Below, piece after piece: positions 1-13,600 of a stretch of DNA of 34,466 nt (position 1 is its first letter; each line of letters begins with the position of its first letter). The notes under the pieces are model-generated. The model searched no databases. It worked only from the letters and a program-made list of their open reading frames with translations, and was not told the origin of the DNA. The position numbers and the translations under genes were made by a program. This stretch comes from Paraglomus brasilianum (taxonomy: Eukaryota), in the NCBI GenBank assembly GCA_910592345.1, contig CAJVPI010000339.1, forward strand, positions 1 through 34,466. The letters run 5' to 3'.

Positions 1-524
1 TCTCGATATAACGACACTGCTATATAACGACATCTCGTTATACTGACAAAAATCCTGGAACAAAAAATCTATATAATAAAATTTATTCGATGTAACGACT
101 TTGCATATAAATTTTCGTTATAACGGTATAACGACATTTTTTGGGAAATGCTTATTAGACAAATCTTAAATAATAATGACACGCAAATTTGAGTGACACG
201 CATCTCCTTTTTTGTTTATTAAGCTCCATTTTAAGTTAACTGAAATTTCTTTTCATTAATATTAATACAATACTTATCTAAGAATTACCTCTTAATGACA
301 TTAACAAAGCAGAAAAGGTAGGCAGAAAATTTATCATAGTATTTTATTATAATGCTTAATTAATTTAGAAAAAAACTCAGCAGTGCAAGAAATGAACTCA
401 AAAAAACAAACAAATTTATCCAATAAAATTGACTTATAAAGTTAAGTTCTCGATATAAGGACTTTTTTGATATAGCGACCATTTAGGTTGGAACCGAGCG
501 TATCGTTATATCGAGACCCACTTG
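1..524 (+). mobile_element. Non-autonomous pogo/Tigger-type element (internal-deletion derivative); left end cut by the window edge
   Basis: Begins inside a TIR (tctcgatataacgac). Ends with the inverted copy tcgttatatcgagacccacttg followed by TA (525-526). Positions 1-~365 are closely similar to 26046-~26367. Subterminal (g/t)atataacgac motifs are repeated. Confidence 0.85.
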
Positions 525-1243
525 TATAGGCTTTATGAGCGTAGCTTGCTTCGTTCAAAAGTCTTAGGTCTTAGCGATTTAAAGTTTGTATTTTTTACTA
601 TTGGCGATATCCCTTGCCTGAATGCAAACTGAGCTATTCACAAAACGCACATTAACTGTGGATACGAGCGAAGGAGTAACCTAAACAAAAGGGAAACGAG
701 TAAGAAGCGGAATGTAATTTATTAGCTTGACTTGGTATTTTTCAGTAAACGCGTGAAGGAATGATTATTGATCTGACGCACATATCTATAGCCACCAAAA
801 CGTGATTGCTAGCAAGTGGGCATTGACTATTTTTACTAATAGCATGGGAATTTCGTATATTTGGACAATTCGCACCGTCACATCTAATAGGGTCGAACTG
901 TATTAATATTTTAACCATGTTATAAATGTGCCGCTGATTTTCCAGCCACACCAGCCATTTTGATCGAATGTTCACGCGCATCGATACATGTTTACTCAAT
1001 CTTGCAACCGTACTTACGCAGGCTTTACGAATTCTTAATATTTATAGGAGAGGGACTCTTTAAGATTTAGGGAGAAGCCATCACAACCATTAGTGAAGAT
1101 TGTGTCATCAGTTTCAAGCATAGTAATGAAATAATATATACATTCCTTTATTAATACATAACAAACTAACTTTATACACGTCGCAGTCGTTATTTAGTCT
1201 CAAATAAAGTTGCTATTGTAACAAATAAGTTCCTAATACGATT

Positions 1244-4200
1244 TCATATTAGACCGTTATCCTGGATAAACTCATCGCAAACTTCCACCAATTTTGTCGC
1301 CTCACACGCCTCAGCTGCAATCTTGATATCATCAACATTAACACGTGTCAAATGGCATGATAACCTACTCTCCATTATTGCCTGCAGATTATCTAATTTG
1401 TAATAATCTGAAGCCCATAGAATATCCAGATACACCTGCACCAAATCGCTCTCATCCTCCATAGGAGTTTCTACATTCTTAATCGCATCATCAATCTTCA
1501 TTCCATATAGAAATCTCAAAAATATCTCGAACGATCGTGGTAGCATTTCTGTAATAGTGTGAATCGATGGCTCTAAGGGAGTATGCGGTTTGAAGTTTGA
1601 ATTACTAATGAACCGTTCAAACATCCCTCCGTTAGCTGCTAGTACGTATCTATTGGCATAGAACTCTTGTCCTTGTACTTTAAAGACAGTATCATGTATT
1701 GTTGGTCCTTTAAGTAGAAGCTCCATCATACCCTTGAGAAATGATTTAGATTGATCGTATTCGGGTTCTTCTAAGCGCTTACTAATTACTGTCCCAACTC
1801 CTACGGCCTGGAGCAATTTCGAAAATGGCTGAAGACTATTTTTGATATAATCAGGCTCTTGTTTCGTGGATCCAAACTTTAACTCTGAAACGTCTTTCCA
1901 GTTACTCGAGTCGTATGGGTCATCATCCTTATTATCACATTCTACGTTCAAGAAAACAGGCCCAGCGTCTTCCAGGCATTCTCCAAAATCTGAATCTCCC
2001 TCATACTCTGTAAGCATATCACTCAAAGTTTGGTAGATAGTTCTAGTAAGTTCGATTATTGCATACCTTCCTTCCTTCTTCCATCTAGGAGATGTGATCA
2101 ACTTGGTAGAAACATATACCAAGTGTTCAACAATCCTTTCAGGCTTTGGCTTCCCGCAATTCGGATGTGCCTGTTTCATAATTCCTTTCGGAACTGCATT
2201 CTCGTCGATTACTGGCGATTGCGTCCAAGCAACATCAACATATTGTGGTAGGCAGAGTTCCCTGAATGATCCAAATCCACCCTTAGCAAAAGCAAAGTCA
2301 TATCTGAGAGGTGTTTCACGCACTGGGGCAGTTGGGACAAATTTTTCCGTCATGATATACCGCCACTGCTCGCTCGAGAAAGTCAAACTGGCGAAATTAT
2401 TGTACAGATAATTCAAAGCGGCAAAGGCATTATTACGAAAGCCAACAGTATCGAGCCGTCTAACCACTGCCTTCTCCACTTGAGATGAAATGTACTCGAT
2501 ACATGATGTGAAACTATGTGGAGTTACTGTTGCATTTAGACCAATATTACATAATATCCGCATCGAATCTCTGCTCGTATCAAAGCTCGTACTCAACAGC
2601 TTTTCTGGGGCTCCGTTAAAGACTTCACGAAACAATTCTACCCTCTCATCAAAAAGATCTTTAGGCTTGGCTAACTTGCCTCTTCGATTCGGGATACTCT
2701 TGTTTTCTTTGAGATATGTCAAGACTTCACTTTGTTGCAATTCCAAAATGGATTCCAGAAATCGCACGTACAGCTCGGTTTTTTCACCAACGTCTGAACG
2801 TAGTATTTTACCGACTGTCAAATACTCATATACGGTAACCTTCTTAGCACCGAGAGCGCACAAAATTTCAAAGTCTTCATTATCTTCAGGACCAATCTTG
2901 AATATGTTGGGAATTTGCTGAGAGGGATAATACTTTACTTCTTTTTGGAGAATTCTACCTTCGGATGGTGCTACAAGCTGCTCTTCATTATCACGCAAAG
3001 GATAAATTGGCCACATGCGAAGATTCTTGAGCACGTCTCCATAGCCGCGCCGATCTTCCGGTGACGCTTTTTCCCAGATTTCGGACCAGTTTCTTCGTAC
3101 AAGCTTCCTCAAAATATTAACTGCTTCAGAATTCCAAGATTTTAAAAAGTCTTTTGGTTTGCCCTCATTCTCCCAAACCATTTGTAAAACTGTGAGCACG
3201 TTAACATCTGACCATTCAAGTATATACCTCCGAGTACTGTCATTCGGCTTGTCGATAGATCTGCCAGTGAATAAAATTCCGAGCTTGATCAAGCTATTGT
3301 ACAATTCTTTGTCAACCAGTGCATGCACAAAACTTAAAACGGGAATGTTTCTCTCGATTGGAACTAGGTATGTATCAGCAGGATTATCGGCATTGACGAT
3401 GTCGAGAATCGGGTACCTTTTGAACAGATTTATATCTGTTTTAGATTTAAGTAACAAGTCCCATATTTTGTTAAGACATTCACGGTTTAACCATTCCTTA
3501 TTCGGAGCTCCCCCGTAAGAATCCCAAGGTTTGATTTCAAAACCGGGGTTTAAGTGCTTCTCGAGCTGTAAAAGTGCCGCATGCCCGTCAAATTTCTTCA
3601 CATTTGTCCAGGAAGAAACATCACCCTCAACATCACTAATGAGTTTATAAAGCTTGTTGGATTTGTCAATTAGTCGAGATGTATCGTAATTTGGAAACAG
3701 GGCTAGATCATTATCCGTTGCGGTGTAATAACATGACGAATCGTCTGTAGCACCAAATCTTTTCATAGTGCCATCCTTCAATGGTAGCAGTCGAATGCCT
3801 TTCAACTCATCATATCGCTTATCGTCCATCAGGAACTTGAGGACATTCTCGCATTCGTCTGCACTCAGGAAGGTAGCTAGTTCTTTGTCCTTTAATTGTC
3901 GTCTCGCTTCGTTAGAAGAGACCACCTGATCTTCACTTATTCGTTTTAATTCTCTTAGATCTTTGATCCTATAAGAAGGTAAATATACTACACGACAGCC
4001 ATAATGCGCGAGGGCTTTCGCAACGCTTTCTTGAGAGCAAAAAAACCCTTTTTTTAGAGAAACCTTTTGGTCGGGTGAACCGTAAAGTCTAAAAAAGGGA
4101 TAATCACTTGGAAGTATTGTTAAAACTGTCAGTCCATACATGCGAAAGTGGTCTTTTTGTTGCTTATTCTTGGATAATGGCCAAAACAGCTCAATTGGAC

Positions 4201-5713
4201 GGCGATTATTAGTTTTTGGTAATTCGAAGCCTTCGCACTGGTCAAGCGCTATTAAAAGATCCACGTATAGCCTCGGTAATACTCTCGTAAGTATATATTC
4301 ATTCCACTTCAGTTTCAAATGATCTTGATCCATGTCCTTTTGTTTAGATTTAGTAGGAAATCGTATGCTTTGTCGGTCTGATGATAACGCCCACGAAGCA
4401 TTGATATGAGCACAAATTCCAGTACTCTCCTGTAACGGAAAGTAACAGAATAACTGTCCATCCTCTCCAATTCTCTTTCCATTTCCTTTTTTTGTTTTTT
4501 TTTGGGGGGCTTTTACGGGTTTTTTTTCAGACTCCTTGGTCTCGTCTACAGGTTTATCTGTTTCCAATAAGAGAAAAGCAATACCTCCGCAAACTTTGCG
4601 AGTGCTACTTTTCGTTGCTGTCCCTAACTCGGTTGACTCATCCAGCATTTGGTATCCAATAGAGCAGACATATTTGAAATTATCTTCTTTTTCGTCATCG
4701 CCGGTCACCTTAATCGACAACGGGTACTGACGACCACAATCGTCCGCGCGTCTTCGTTGCTCACGAATAGATTCGTCCATATTTTCTATTTTCGCTTTCC
4801 ATACTAACTTTGGCGATGAGGGTGCGCCGTCCGCACTAATTGATAAAACTTCGAATTCCTCGATATTTTTCAAAAACAAGAAATACTTTTGGATATGATT
4901 TTTCAGATCTTTCAAATATTCGCGAATTTGACCAGGGGTTATTGCATAATCCCGAATCTTGCTAGCTTCAGCAAGTTCTACTGAGCGTAAGGGCATCCGG
5001 AAAATTGTGCCTTCAGAACAGCCTTTGATGTCTAGATACGGTCTAGCCTGATGCGGGTATTTTTCAAGAAAGTTAGAATTGAATGGAAATTTCAAGCCAT
5101 CCAATTGCTTCCCGTTCTTTGGTGGAAGAAACGTTCGGTGTGGATCAAAAAAACCAAGGAAGCCATCGCTCATAACAGAAGGGACGTCGGTGATATTATA
5201 GCACGAATTAAATCCTATCGGAAATTGTTAAAGAACCAATTAATTCTCTAATCTAGAGAACAGAGACCTGTGAAGCTCATGAAATCGAATGTCACCGACC
5301 TAGACCGAATCTCCCAATCGTATTTCCATCGTCTTGTTTTCCTCCTTCACCGAAATTCTGTATACCTCTGAAATCTTCATCTTTAAACTTGGCATCATTA
5401 AATATTAATAAAGCTGGTCCTTGCCAAACCGCCATATTTTTAAAATCGCCGGTTTCAGGCGTATGTATGCGTTCGTCGATAATGACACGATATATCCGTG
5501 CGCCTGCATCATCTGCGTTTTGAAGAAATTCGCGGATAATGTGCTCCCATGCATAATCCTATAAAGTTATCAGATTAAATGAATGGGATCTCTAAAAATA
5601 GCTTGTCATTGAGGAGAATCTGAAATTTTGAATAGACATACACGGATAACATTCTTTATGGCGTTAACCAAAGTTTGTCTTGGTTCAAATGCTTCAGACT
5701 CGATAGAATCCAT
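1244..5713 (-). CDS. Sacsin-like protein: N-terminal HSP90-like HATPase/sacsin repeat region plus C-terminal BTB/POZ domain. Three exons (5713-5642, 5558-5300, 5214-1244), about 1433 aa
   Basis: The spliced translation gives the sacsin motifs FEPRQTLVNAIKNVIRDY, IIREFLQNADDAGA, WQGPALLIFNDAKF, IGRFGLGFNSCYNITDVP, FFDPH, GTIFRMPLR, GQLFCYFPL and HINASWALSSDRQSI. The C-terminal DTVFKVQGQEFYANRYVLAA..FEIFLRFLYG..ASDYY matches BTB. GT-AG introns keep the frame. Confidence 0.9.
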
Positions 5714-7444
5714 CTTCGGATGTCGGTTGTAGTTTAATTGTATGCCGTAGGTTGTATGCAATGTTTGTTGCTTTTATATAAGCAACACTGGCGCAGATGT
5801 CATGGAGTACAAACCTTTAAATGAATGCGGTATTGTCTAAATAAATATGGTAAGTGTTATTTGACAAACAAACCCATGCACTAAAGTGATAAGAACGCCA
5901 TATTAATAATAGGCGATGGTGTAATCCAATCTCTTGATTTTTGGATCACGCTTTACCAGAATTAGTTGCTCGTTTAACCAGCGTTTGTCTGATATTATTC
6001 AACAACTTTCCATCTTTAAACTACCAATCCGACTTTTAAATGGCAAATGGTTCGGGGGACACAATTAAAGAACGCCAAAGCGTATTTTCATAGGTTAGTC
6101 AGAATCGGATTTTGGAGGGGGCACTTTGTTTTCGGTTCTGGACAATCAAAAGGGGGTTTTTTGGGTTTCTTTTCTTTTTTTCTGGGGAGGGGGGTTTTGA
6201 CATTCAACTTGTATAACTTTCTGCGTTTGAGCATGCGAAACCAACATTAATATTAAAGTTATCAAATCGTGGCAAGACTGAAGTTGCAAAACACAGCTTC
6301 CAAAATGCAGGTGTAACCGATGTTGTAACTGCTAGTCCGTAATTGTACCACTGGATGCAGGTATCCATATTAATACGTACAAAGTGAGAGTAACACCCCT
6401 TATTATTATCGTGGAAATCAATGGAAATATGAGTGAGAAGAGCGACAAACGAATATCATAGAATGGAAACATGACCATAATTGGAATGCGGAAAAATGAA
6501 ACGAATACAACTGTTATACATAAATTATGAATAGTAATGTTTAATATTAACTAATGATTAAACAAGGATGATTATACCATTGGTTCCAGGATAGGAATTC
6601 TGAAGATTAGCAAGTCAATCACAGAACAAGCCTTTAACGAAGTATTAGGACACCTTAAGAATTTCGAAAATATGAAGTTCTTAAACCGCTCTCTTATTGT
6701 AGCTACTTTTATTGTTTCAAATCCAACAATTCCCCGGTGATAACTTAGCAGAGCATTGGAGGACTACGACCAGTTGTCTGCTAATTTACTGAACTTACAG
6801 TTTGCTGTTCAGGAGATCATTATGATTTCCGTATGAATATTATAGCGAATGCTTGCTCCGCTGTCGACGGGAAATGTCTAGCTTATATGAACTAAGCCTG
6901 CACTTGTGAATATTCGTCTAGACAAGGATTGATGGCGATTAGTAAATAGTGTGACTAGCGCATCGTTTGTTGTCACTGAGAGCGCTGAATAAAGTGATGG
7001 CAAGAGAAACTTGTGCCAAGAACATCACCACGTTCACACTATTTAAAATCCTCTAAACAATAGGAATCAGATGTGCTTTCAAAGACAGAATGGGAACGAC
7101 ACATATCTAAACTAATCGGTAGCATTGGCGGGCCAGATTTTAGCAACTTCAAAACTTGTTCATTCTAAGATTTCATCGTTTTGCTAGCCATAGACTCGAT
7201 AGTATGATTGTCAAATCACTTCTGTTATGACAGGTCGTACGTATTCCATGCGCTTTGACTTACAGTACTGGACTACTTGAGATATTATTCATAGAGTTGC
7301 TGTGACAATGGTACTGAAAAATGAAACTATTATAAACACTTTAATATTAAACGCTGCATTAGTACACTTATAACATAATGTGTATGTCTATTTTCTGAAC
7401 ATAGTTCATTTTGTAATAGTCATCTATAAACATTATTAAATAGA

Positions 7445-8318
7445 CTAGAAGACATCCCCTTTCAATATTTTCTCTGCAAACCTTTCCTTTGCATTCTGAT
7501 AAGCCTGAATAAACGTCTGTTCGGTTATTGGAATGTCGGTGCTTTCTGTTCGAGGTCGAGATACACGAGAGACGATAACATTGGAGTCCGTTTCCAATGC
7601 AATACTAGAGACAGAAGTTAATTGTAACGTTATAGAAGAATGTTAGAGCGAATGACGACAGAATGATGATAGATGAATAAGCATGCATGTTCAATCATTA
7701 TGTCTTACCCATCGTCTATTGTCTCATCAAGAGCAAGAATAACAAGATCGAGATTGTCAACAATTGATCTCTTCTCAACCTGATGTCTATAAGAATACGG
7801 TTATTGAAGCATACCAGAGAAAGCTAAGAATGTTCTCTACAACACATCCTAGAATACGTACCTTAGCAAAGTAGACACAGCATCGTAGAAGGCATTCAGT
7901 ATGCTACTCAAAAGCAGCTCATTTTCATCTGCTGATCCAACCACATAGAAAAACACATCGATATTGCTACGATATAGGACAACGTGATTGTCATATAGAA
8001 TTATCTCTCCTGATTATAAGCAGATGGATAAGTCTGGCGGGTAGTGCTACGAATATTTGCTGTTCAGTTGTTGCTATCTTTACTAACTTACCACTTGCTC
8101 TTCTAGTCTTTTCGAACAATCCCTTCTCAAAAGCTTTTTGTTCTTTTACTGTCGGGTAAGCATTCTTTCCATAGTACTTGGCCAGTATTCTATTACCTTC
8201 ACCGTCGAGAAGTATCACGCCAGTCGTCGTGTAGAGTGACAAATTAACCTTGCAATTAAAGAGGAGACTTTAATGCCGGTAGAGAAATATTGAGCTTATA
8301 GTATCAAATACTAACCAT
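7445..8318 (-). CDS. RET3: Coatomer subunit zeta (COPI). Five exons: 8318-8316 (ATG only), 8248-8092, 8009-7862, 7786-7709, 7604-7445
   Basis: The spliced protein [106 protein letters not shown] is typical zeta-COP. All introns are canonical GT-AG. Confidence 0.95.
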
Positions 8319-9425
8319 GTCTATTAATCTCACAGAAACAAAGCAGGTGAAGATATTTGAATTTCAGGGGCCCGAGACATCAAATTATTCGCCAATAGAA
8401 TTGTGGCGTCCAGATGGTAGAAAGCTAATTTTCGGCATTCCTTGAGAATGCAATGTTTATTCAAGCAGTTACACGGCGTTTGTCCTGAAGCAGTTACACA
8501 CCAGTTACGCTCGAAAAATCGCAATCCGACCCCAATTCGAAATAGGCACATTGTCTACTCATAAGCGACAGCTAATCAACATTGTTATCAAAATAAAATG
8601 TGCTTATTTCGAACTAGGTCGACCCGATTTGGGTCTTTCAAAGTAAGTTTTTGCGAGTCATTAATTAACTTCCCATTGTATGTCGACTATAGACTTTTGT
8701 ACTCTTCCAATAAGCCAACGCCCCAACGACCGTTCCTTGCAGAAATCTTAATATATGATAATTTACAATAATAATAATAGTGTTTGTAATTAGAATTTTC
8801 TGATAAATGAGTTTTCGTTGGTCTTTATTAGGTACACTTGATAGCCGATAAATGATGGTGATATTAATGCCAACTAGACCACGGCATACTCGTTGTTTCG
8901 TGCTTGCAATCCGTTACCTACAAAATTCCCAATTTAGAAACCGCAGCAATTGCGGATATTCGAAGCTGTGAATCGCATAGTCAACAGTGTTGTAAAGAAG
9001 ATTAGCAGGCTGCCATCAACGAATAGGCTATGTATTGCATATTCGCATTAATAATTGTTTCAATTCCCCCTATATTCTAATACTTCCAAATAAAAGGTAG
9101 CCTTGGGCTACCTCATTGAAGAAAAACTTTTGCACATTTTCATACTCAATGCCCATTACGCAAAATTGGTGCATAATTTACGTAACCCGAATTTACACAT
9201 ATTCGTGGTGGAGATCGACTTGATTGTTCTTACCAACAAGATGTTAATTCAAGGAACGGCTGCCAAATTAGATTAAGTTCAAGAACAAATGATGTTTATA
9301 ATTTAGAAAATCTTTAAATTTGCAGATCAGATTCCCAATTTGACATCAGGATACTTTTTGGCCAATAAGAATTGCGATGTGACAGTGAAATATCATTACA
9401 TTCACTGTGGGTATCATCATTGGTC

Positions 9426-10529
9426 ATGAAGTTCTTCTTAACTGGCGGTTCGGGCTTTCTTGGCCGCAACCTGATCCGTTACGCTCTCCATAAGGATGAC
9501 AAATTGAGCATTACCGTATTGTCACGGTCGGAGAAGTCCGATGAGATTATACTAAAGGCGGCCGGAAATGAGAAGCATAGAATTCAGATATTGAGAGGAA
9601 ATATCGAGGATGAACAAGTGTTGATAAAGGGCGTTTCAGACGTAGAAGTAGTTATACACTTGGCCGCCAAGGTAAATTTATGATGGAAAAATGGCACCTA
9701 TATACAGTAGATGCATTAACGCTGAAAATGTGGTCTTGTATAACTGTATCTATTTATTATCAAAATAAAGGTACAGCCTTGGGGTATGTTTTTCGATTTT
9801 GAGATAATAAATATTGGTGGAACTCGAAAGCTAGTAACTGCGATTGAACAATCGGCCAATAAACCACGCCTAGTCTATGTATCCTCCTTTACCGCTCTGG
9901 TATCTAACCACCACGACAAAGATAATATCCCTAATTGGGCCCCATACAGCAAATCGAAAGCTCTGTCAGAAGACATTGTGTTCAATAGTTCTCTAAGTGA
10001 TAAAGTACTAATACGGCTTGGTTGGTTGTGGGGAAAAGACGATGATGTATTGTTGCCGAAGTTGATCTCTCTGAGTAAGAATCCATTATGGAAGATTTGT
10101 CCACGTACTTATCCAGTATCTACTCAACATGTCACTAACGCATGTGAAGCAGTATATCTTGTGGCAAACATTCCGTCGCTGCCATCGCAGTTGTATGAGT
10201 TTAAGGATCCTGATGGGGATATTGATATCGAAGACTTTCTAGAGTTATATGTAAAAGCAGCGTCCCAGCCCTCCAACAATGTACCTCGACCGTTTGAAAA
10301 TTTCAGAGCGCCAAAGTGGTTGGTATGGGGACTCATCACGTTTGTAGAATGTATTCCATTCTTAAATTATGGGAAGAAGTGGGTAATGGAAGGAATGACG
10401 AGAGAGCCTTTGATGTTGTTGTTTAATGATTTCAGATTGGATGATGCAAAAGCAAGAAAAGAGGTTGGGTATGTTGGAAACGTTCGAAGAACTGAAGGAT
10501 TCGATGAAGTTGCAGAGATACGGAGATGA
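9426..10529 (+). CDS. NAD(P)-dependent epimerase/dehydratase (extended SDR, 3-beta-HSD-like). Exons 9426-9671 and 9771-10529
   Basis: MKFFLTGGSGFLG Rossmann motif, VIHLAAK|VQPWG across the intron, VYVSS, catalytic YSKSK (YxxxK), and C-terminal KARKEVGY. Confidence 0.9.
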
Positions 10530-10697
10530 AGTGGCAAATAAGGTTTTAGACGCTGTGAGAAGTGTGTGATACAGGCAAATAAACACACCCTACCCTTTTG
10601 TTTACTTGTTACACAACATCTAAAGAGAACATTTTTTTCCAACTTAGCATTCCTATAGTTGTCAGCAGGATAAAGTCCGATCATCCGTAGTCATAAT

Positions 10698-13600
10698 TTA
10701 ATGGAAAAAATATTTGCTTTCCTTCACACATTCTATATTAAAACTACCTTTGGGAGGTAACGGGGGAAATGAGATCTCCTCCCACATATGTACATATTTC
10801 TTGACGTTCGCTTTTTTTGGACTCCCTACCTTTGTAGTCTTTGCGTCCTCAGATTCGTCGTCAAGAATTAAATTAATGTCTGTCTCATCACCTACAGCCA
10901 ATGCCTCAACATCCAAGTCCGATTCAATCGAATCGGCTACTAGCATCAAATCAAGTCCTTCTATATCCTCCATTGCATCTAGTGTGGGTGCCTCTTCGAC
11001 CTCTTCTATTATCTCTCTTTCAACAATTTCTATTGCTTTTATGTTGTTTCGGATTGCTGCTTCTTTGTTGCGCTTTTCAAAATCTTCTAGCGTCATAGAT
11101 ACCGGCACTATATACCCCTTATAACGTTCGATAAATTCATTTCGTACATTTTCCATTATGGGTTCACGATGAAGAGTTATGAATTGATCACGTAAAATAC
11201 TATTCATTTTGGATACATCACATGCATGCGTCCAGTAACTGTCATGTACGGCAGCAAATGTCAAATTGTTTACTTTACACTCTAAAGCAGACATAAGCAT
11301 ATGAGTAGCATCAAGAGAATGAATAAAATTGGGCGGAAAGGCTGAACGCTGTCTAGCACTGTCAACAGGACTAGGATTAGTCGGATCCTGAACCATTATC
11401 GTTTGAAGATTAGTCTTTATCGACTTCCTGCCTAACTTGCGATATGGTTGGACTATAGGCAATCCTAGAGGCGTTGTCCACACCACGGCTGTCATTTGGT
11501 TAGATTTGGCTTGTGTAGGAGAAATTTTAATTACTGATCGTTTCTTGGGCCCAGCCAATACCGGATCGTCCTCATTATCAAAATCTATTTCTTCATTTTC
11601 TTCTTCAGCCCGTATCTCGTGTTCAGACTTCATAACAACGTCAGGAGGAACACTTTTTGATATTATCTCTGCAGACTCATTCAGCCAATCCTGTATAGCT
11701 CGAGCTCCGGAAAACATTTCGCCCAAACATAGAAAGACTTTCTTAGCGACATATCCAGCAAGAACGTCAACTTTATCATCGGGTAAGCCTTTTATTTCTT
11801 GCAGACGATTTGAGATCTGCACGCGCGCACCCACGAACGTCACTCCATATACATTGGTCATCACAGTCTGCTTGACAATTTTACGGCCTATTATACCATT
11901 TAGGATCTTAGCATTCTCATCACCCTTCTCAGCATCTTCTTTAACCATTTCGCTCACTCTCTTAGCTACACCAGTGTAGATATCAGCAGGTGTTTCTGAT
12001 GGGAATAAATTGACCTGCATGGCGCCCTCTAGATCACCACCCAATGCTGCATAGTGTTGAAGTCCGTTGCATGTGCCGTCCTGATGTATGGGAATACGGG
12101 ATAAATATTCGTGCGGTTTGCCAGACTTCACTGCTTCGGCTAGTTCAAAGCATGTAGCTAGACATTGCCAGGGATCCTCTGCACTTAACCACCACTTATT
12201 GCCGGTTAATGGTCGCTCGGCTGAATCTATAATGTCATTCATGTGATCATCAGCGAACTTTATTCTTTCTTCGAATGGTTGTTTATCATATCCGGCCAGA
12301 TTAGCCAAGTGAATTTTCAACCACTTGAAACCCTCGTCACCCAAACATTTGGCTTCATCGAATATTAAAAGACCACGGCACAAGTCGTTTCCAAGGTGAT
12401 TGAAATGAGGGGGAATTGTATATGCTCGACCGCGAAAGTCGAGACTATGGGGGAAATACATCGGATCATTAAGGAACTAAGCGCAACGTAAATAAATAAT
12501 GCTTAGCAATTAAATAAAAAAATACATTATAACACCAAGAATACTTACAGCCCTAGCAATTTCAACTTTGTAATTGGCAGAGCACCTTTCAGAGTGATCA
12601 CCCTGAATCTTACAGCGTATTTTCCTCGTCTGTTTCATCCATTCGCTTCTAGCCTTAGCATTAACATCATAATCATCAGGCTTCTGAGGCAATTCTAAAT
12701 CTTGCTCGGCGGATGGTATACCGCCAATGCATTGTTTACTGTTCCATACTTCCAATACCACGTTATATACTTTATTGTTTATTGCCCATCGAGTGGACCC
12801 TAGTACATCTAGTCCAGCAAAGACTTTTGTCAAGTGTCCCGCTTTGGAAGCCTCTCTGAGATATTGAAGTTGTTCAGGGCTATCGCGAATTCTCATTGCA
12901 AGGTCTAGAAAATGAAAAGTGCGCATCCAACGTCAATACAGAAGAACGTACGTAAAGGAACAGAGCAATTTGGCGTAACTTAATATATATACTTTTGGTC
13001 TTGTGATAGCCACCAGACTTGTATGTTAACCATGGACGAGGCGGTACGAGCATCGGAAGCATACGTGGATGTATGGCGTCGCGGACACGATCTTTGGTGA
13101 GCAGTTCGATTAAGCTATCGGCGAATTTTATGATACCAATTCTTTTGCCTTTGATACATTCGTAGGTATGGTAAAATGCGGGCAGTTCGTCCTGTCTGAT
13201 ATCGAGAAGAGGAAAAGAGTCATGGCGGAAAGGTAGTTGATAATTTGTAACAAAGATGATCGCAGATGCCGATATTAACTGGTCTAAGAGGTGATAAATT
13301 CAACAACAATGCTTTCAAGAATACTATTACACTCGCTAGCGTCATCCAACAGATGGTACTTACATAGTTTCCACAGTCTCTTTGGCTGCCCTATTTGTGA
13401 TTTTGGCTGGGACTTTTGCACAGCTTATTAGAAGTGAAACCAAAATAGAACCAACCTAAACGAAACACATATGGTGAGATTACGCAAGGCTAATGACATG
13501 ATATTTAAGGTTATAGAATAAAGCCTTACCTTTGCTCTAACAGCTACTGGCCAAGAGGGTTTCCAGTCTGTACGGAGTTCTTCGTTGTGATATTTTTCGA

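Noticed and set aside
2030..5251. Several plus-strand ORFs inside the sacsin gene
   Set aside because: Antisense shadows with no recognisable motifs.
10698..12461. T7-like polymerase as a phage or linear-plasmid insertion
   Set aside because: It has spliceosomal introns and a mitochondrial presequence-like N-terminus, so it is the ordinary nuclear RPO41.
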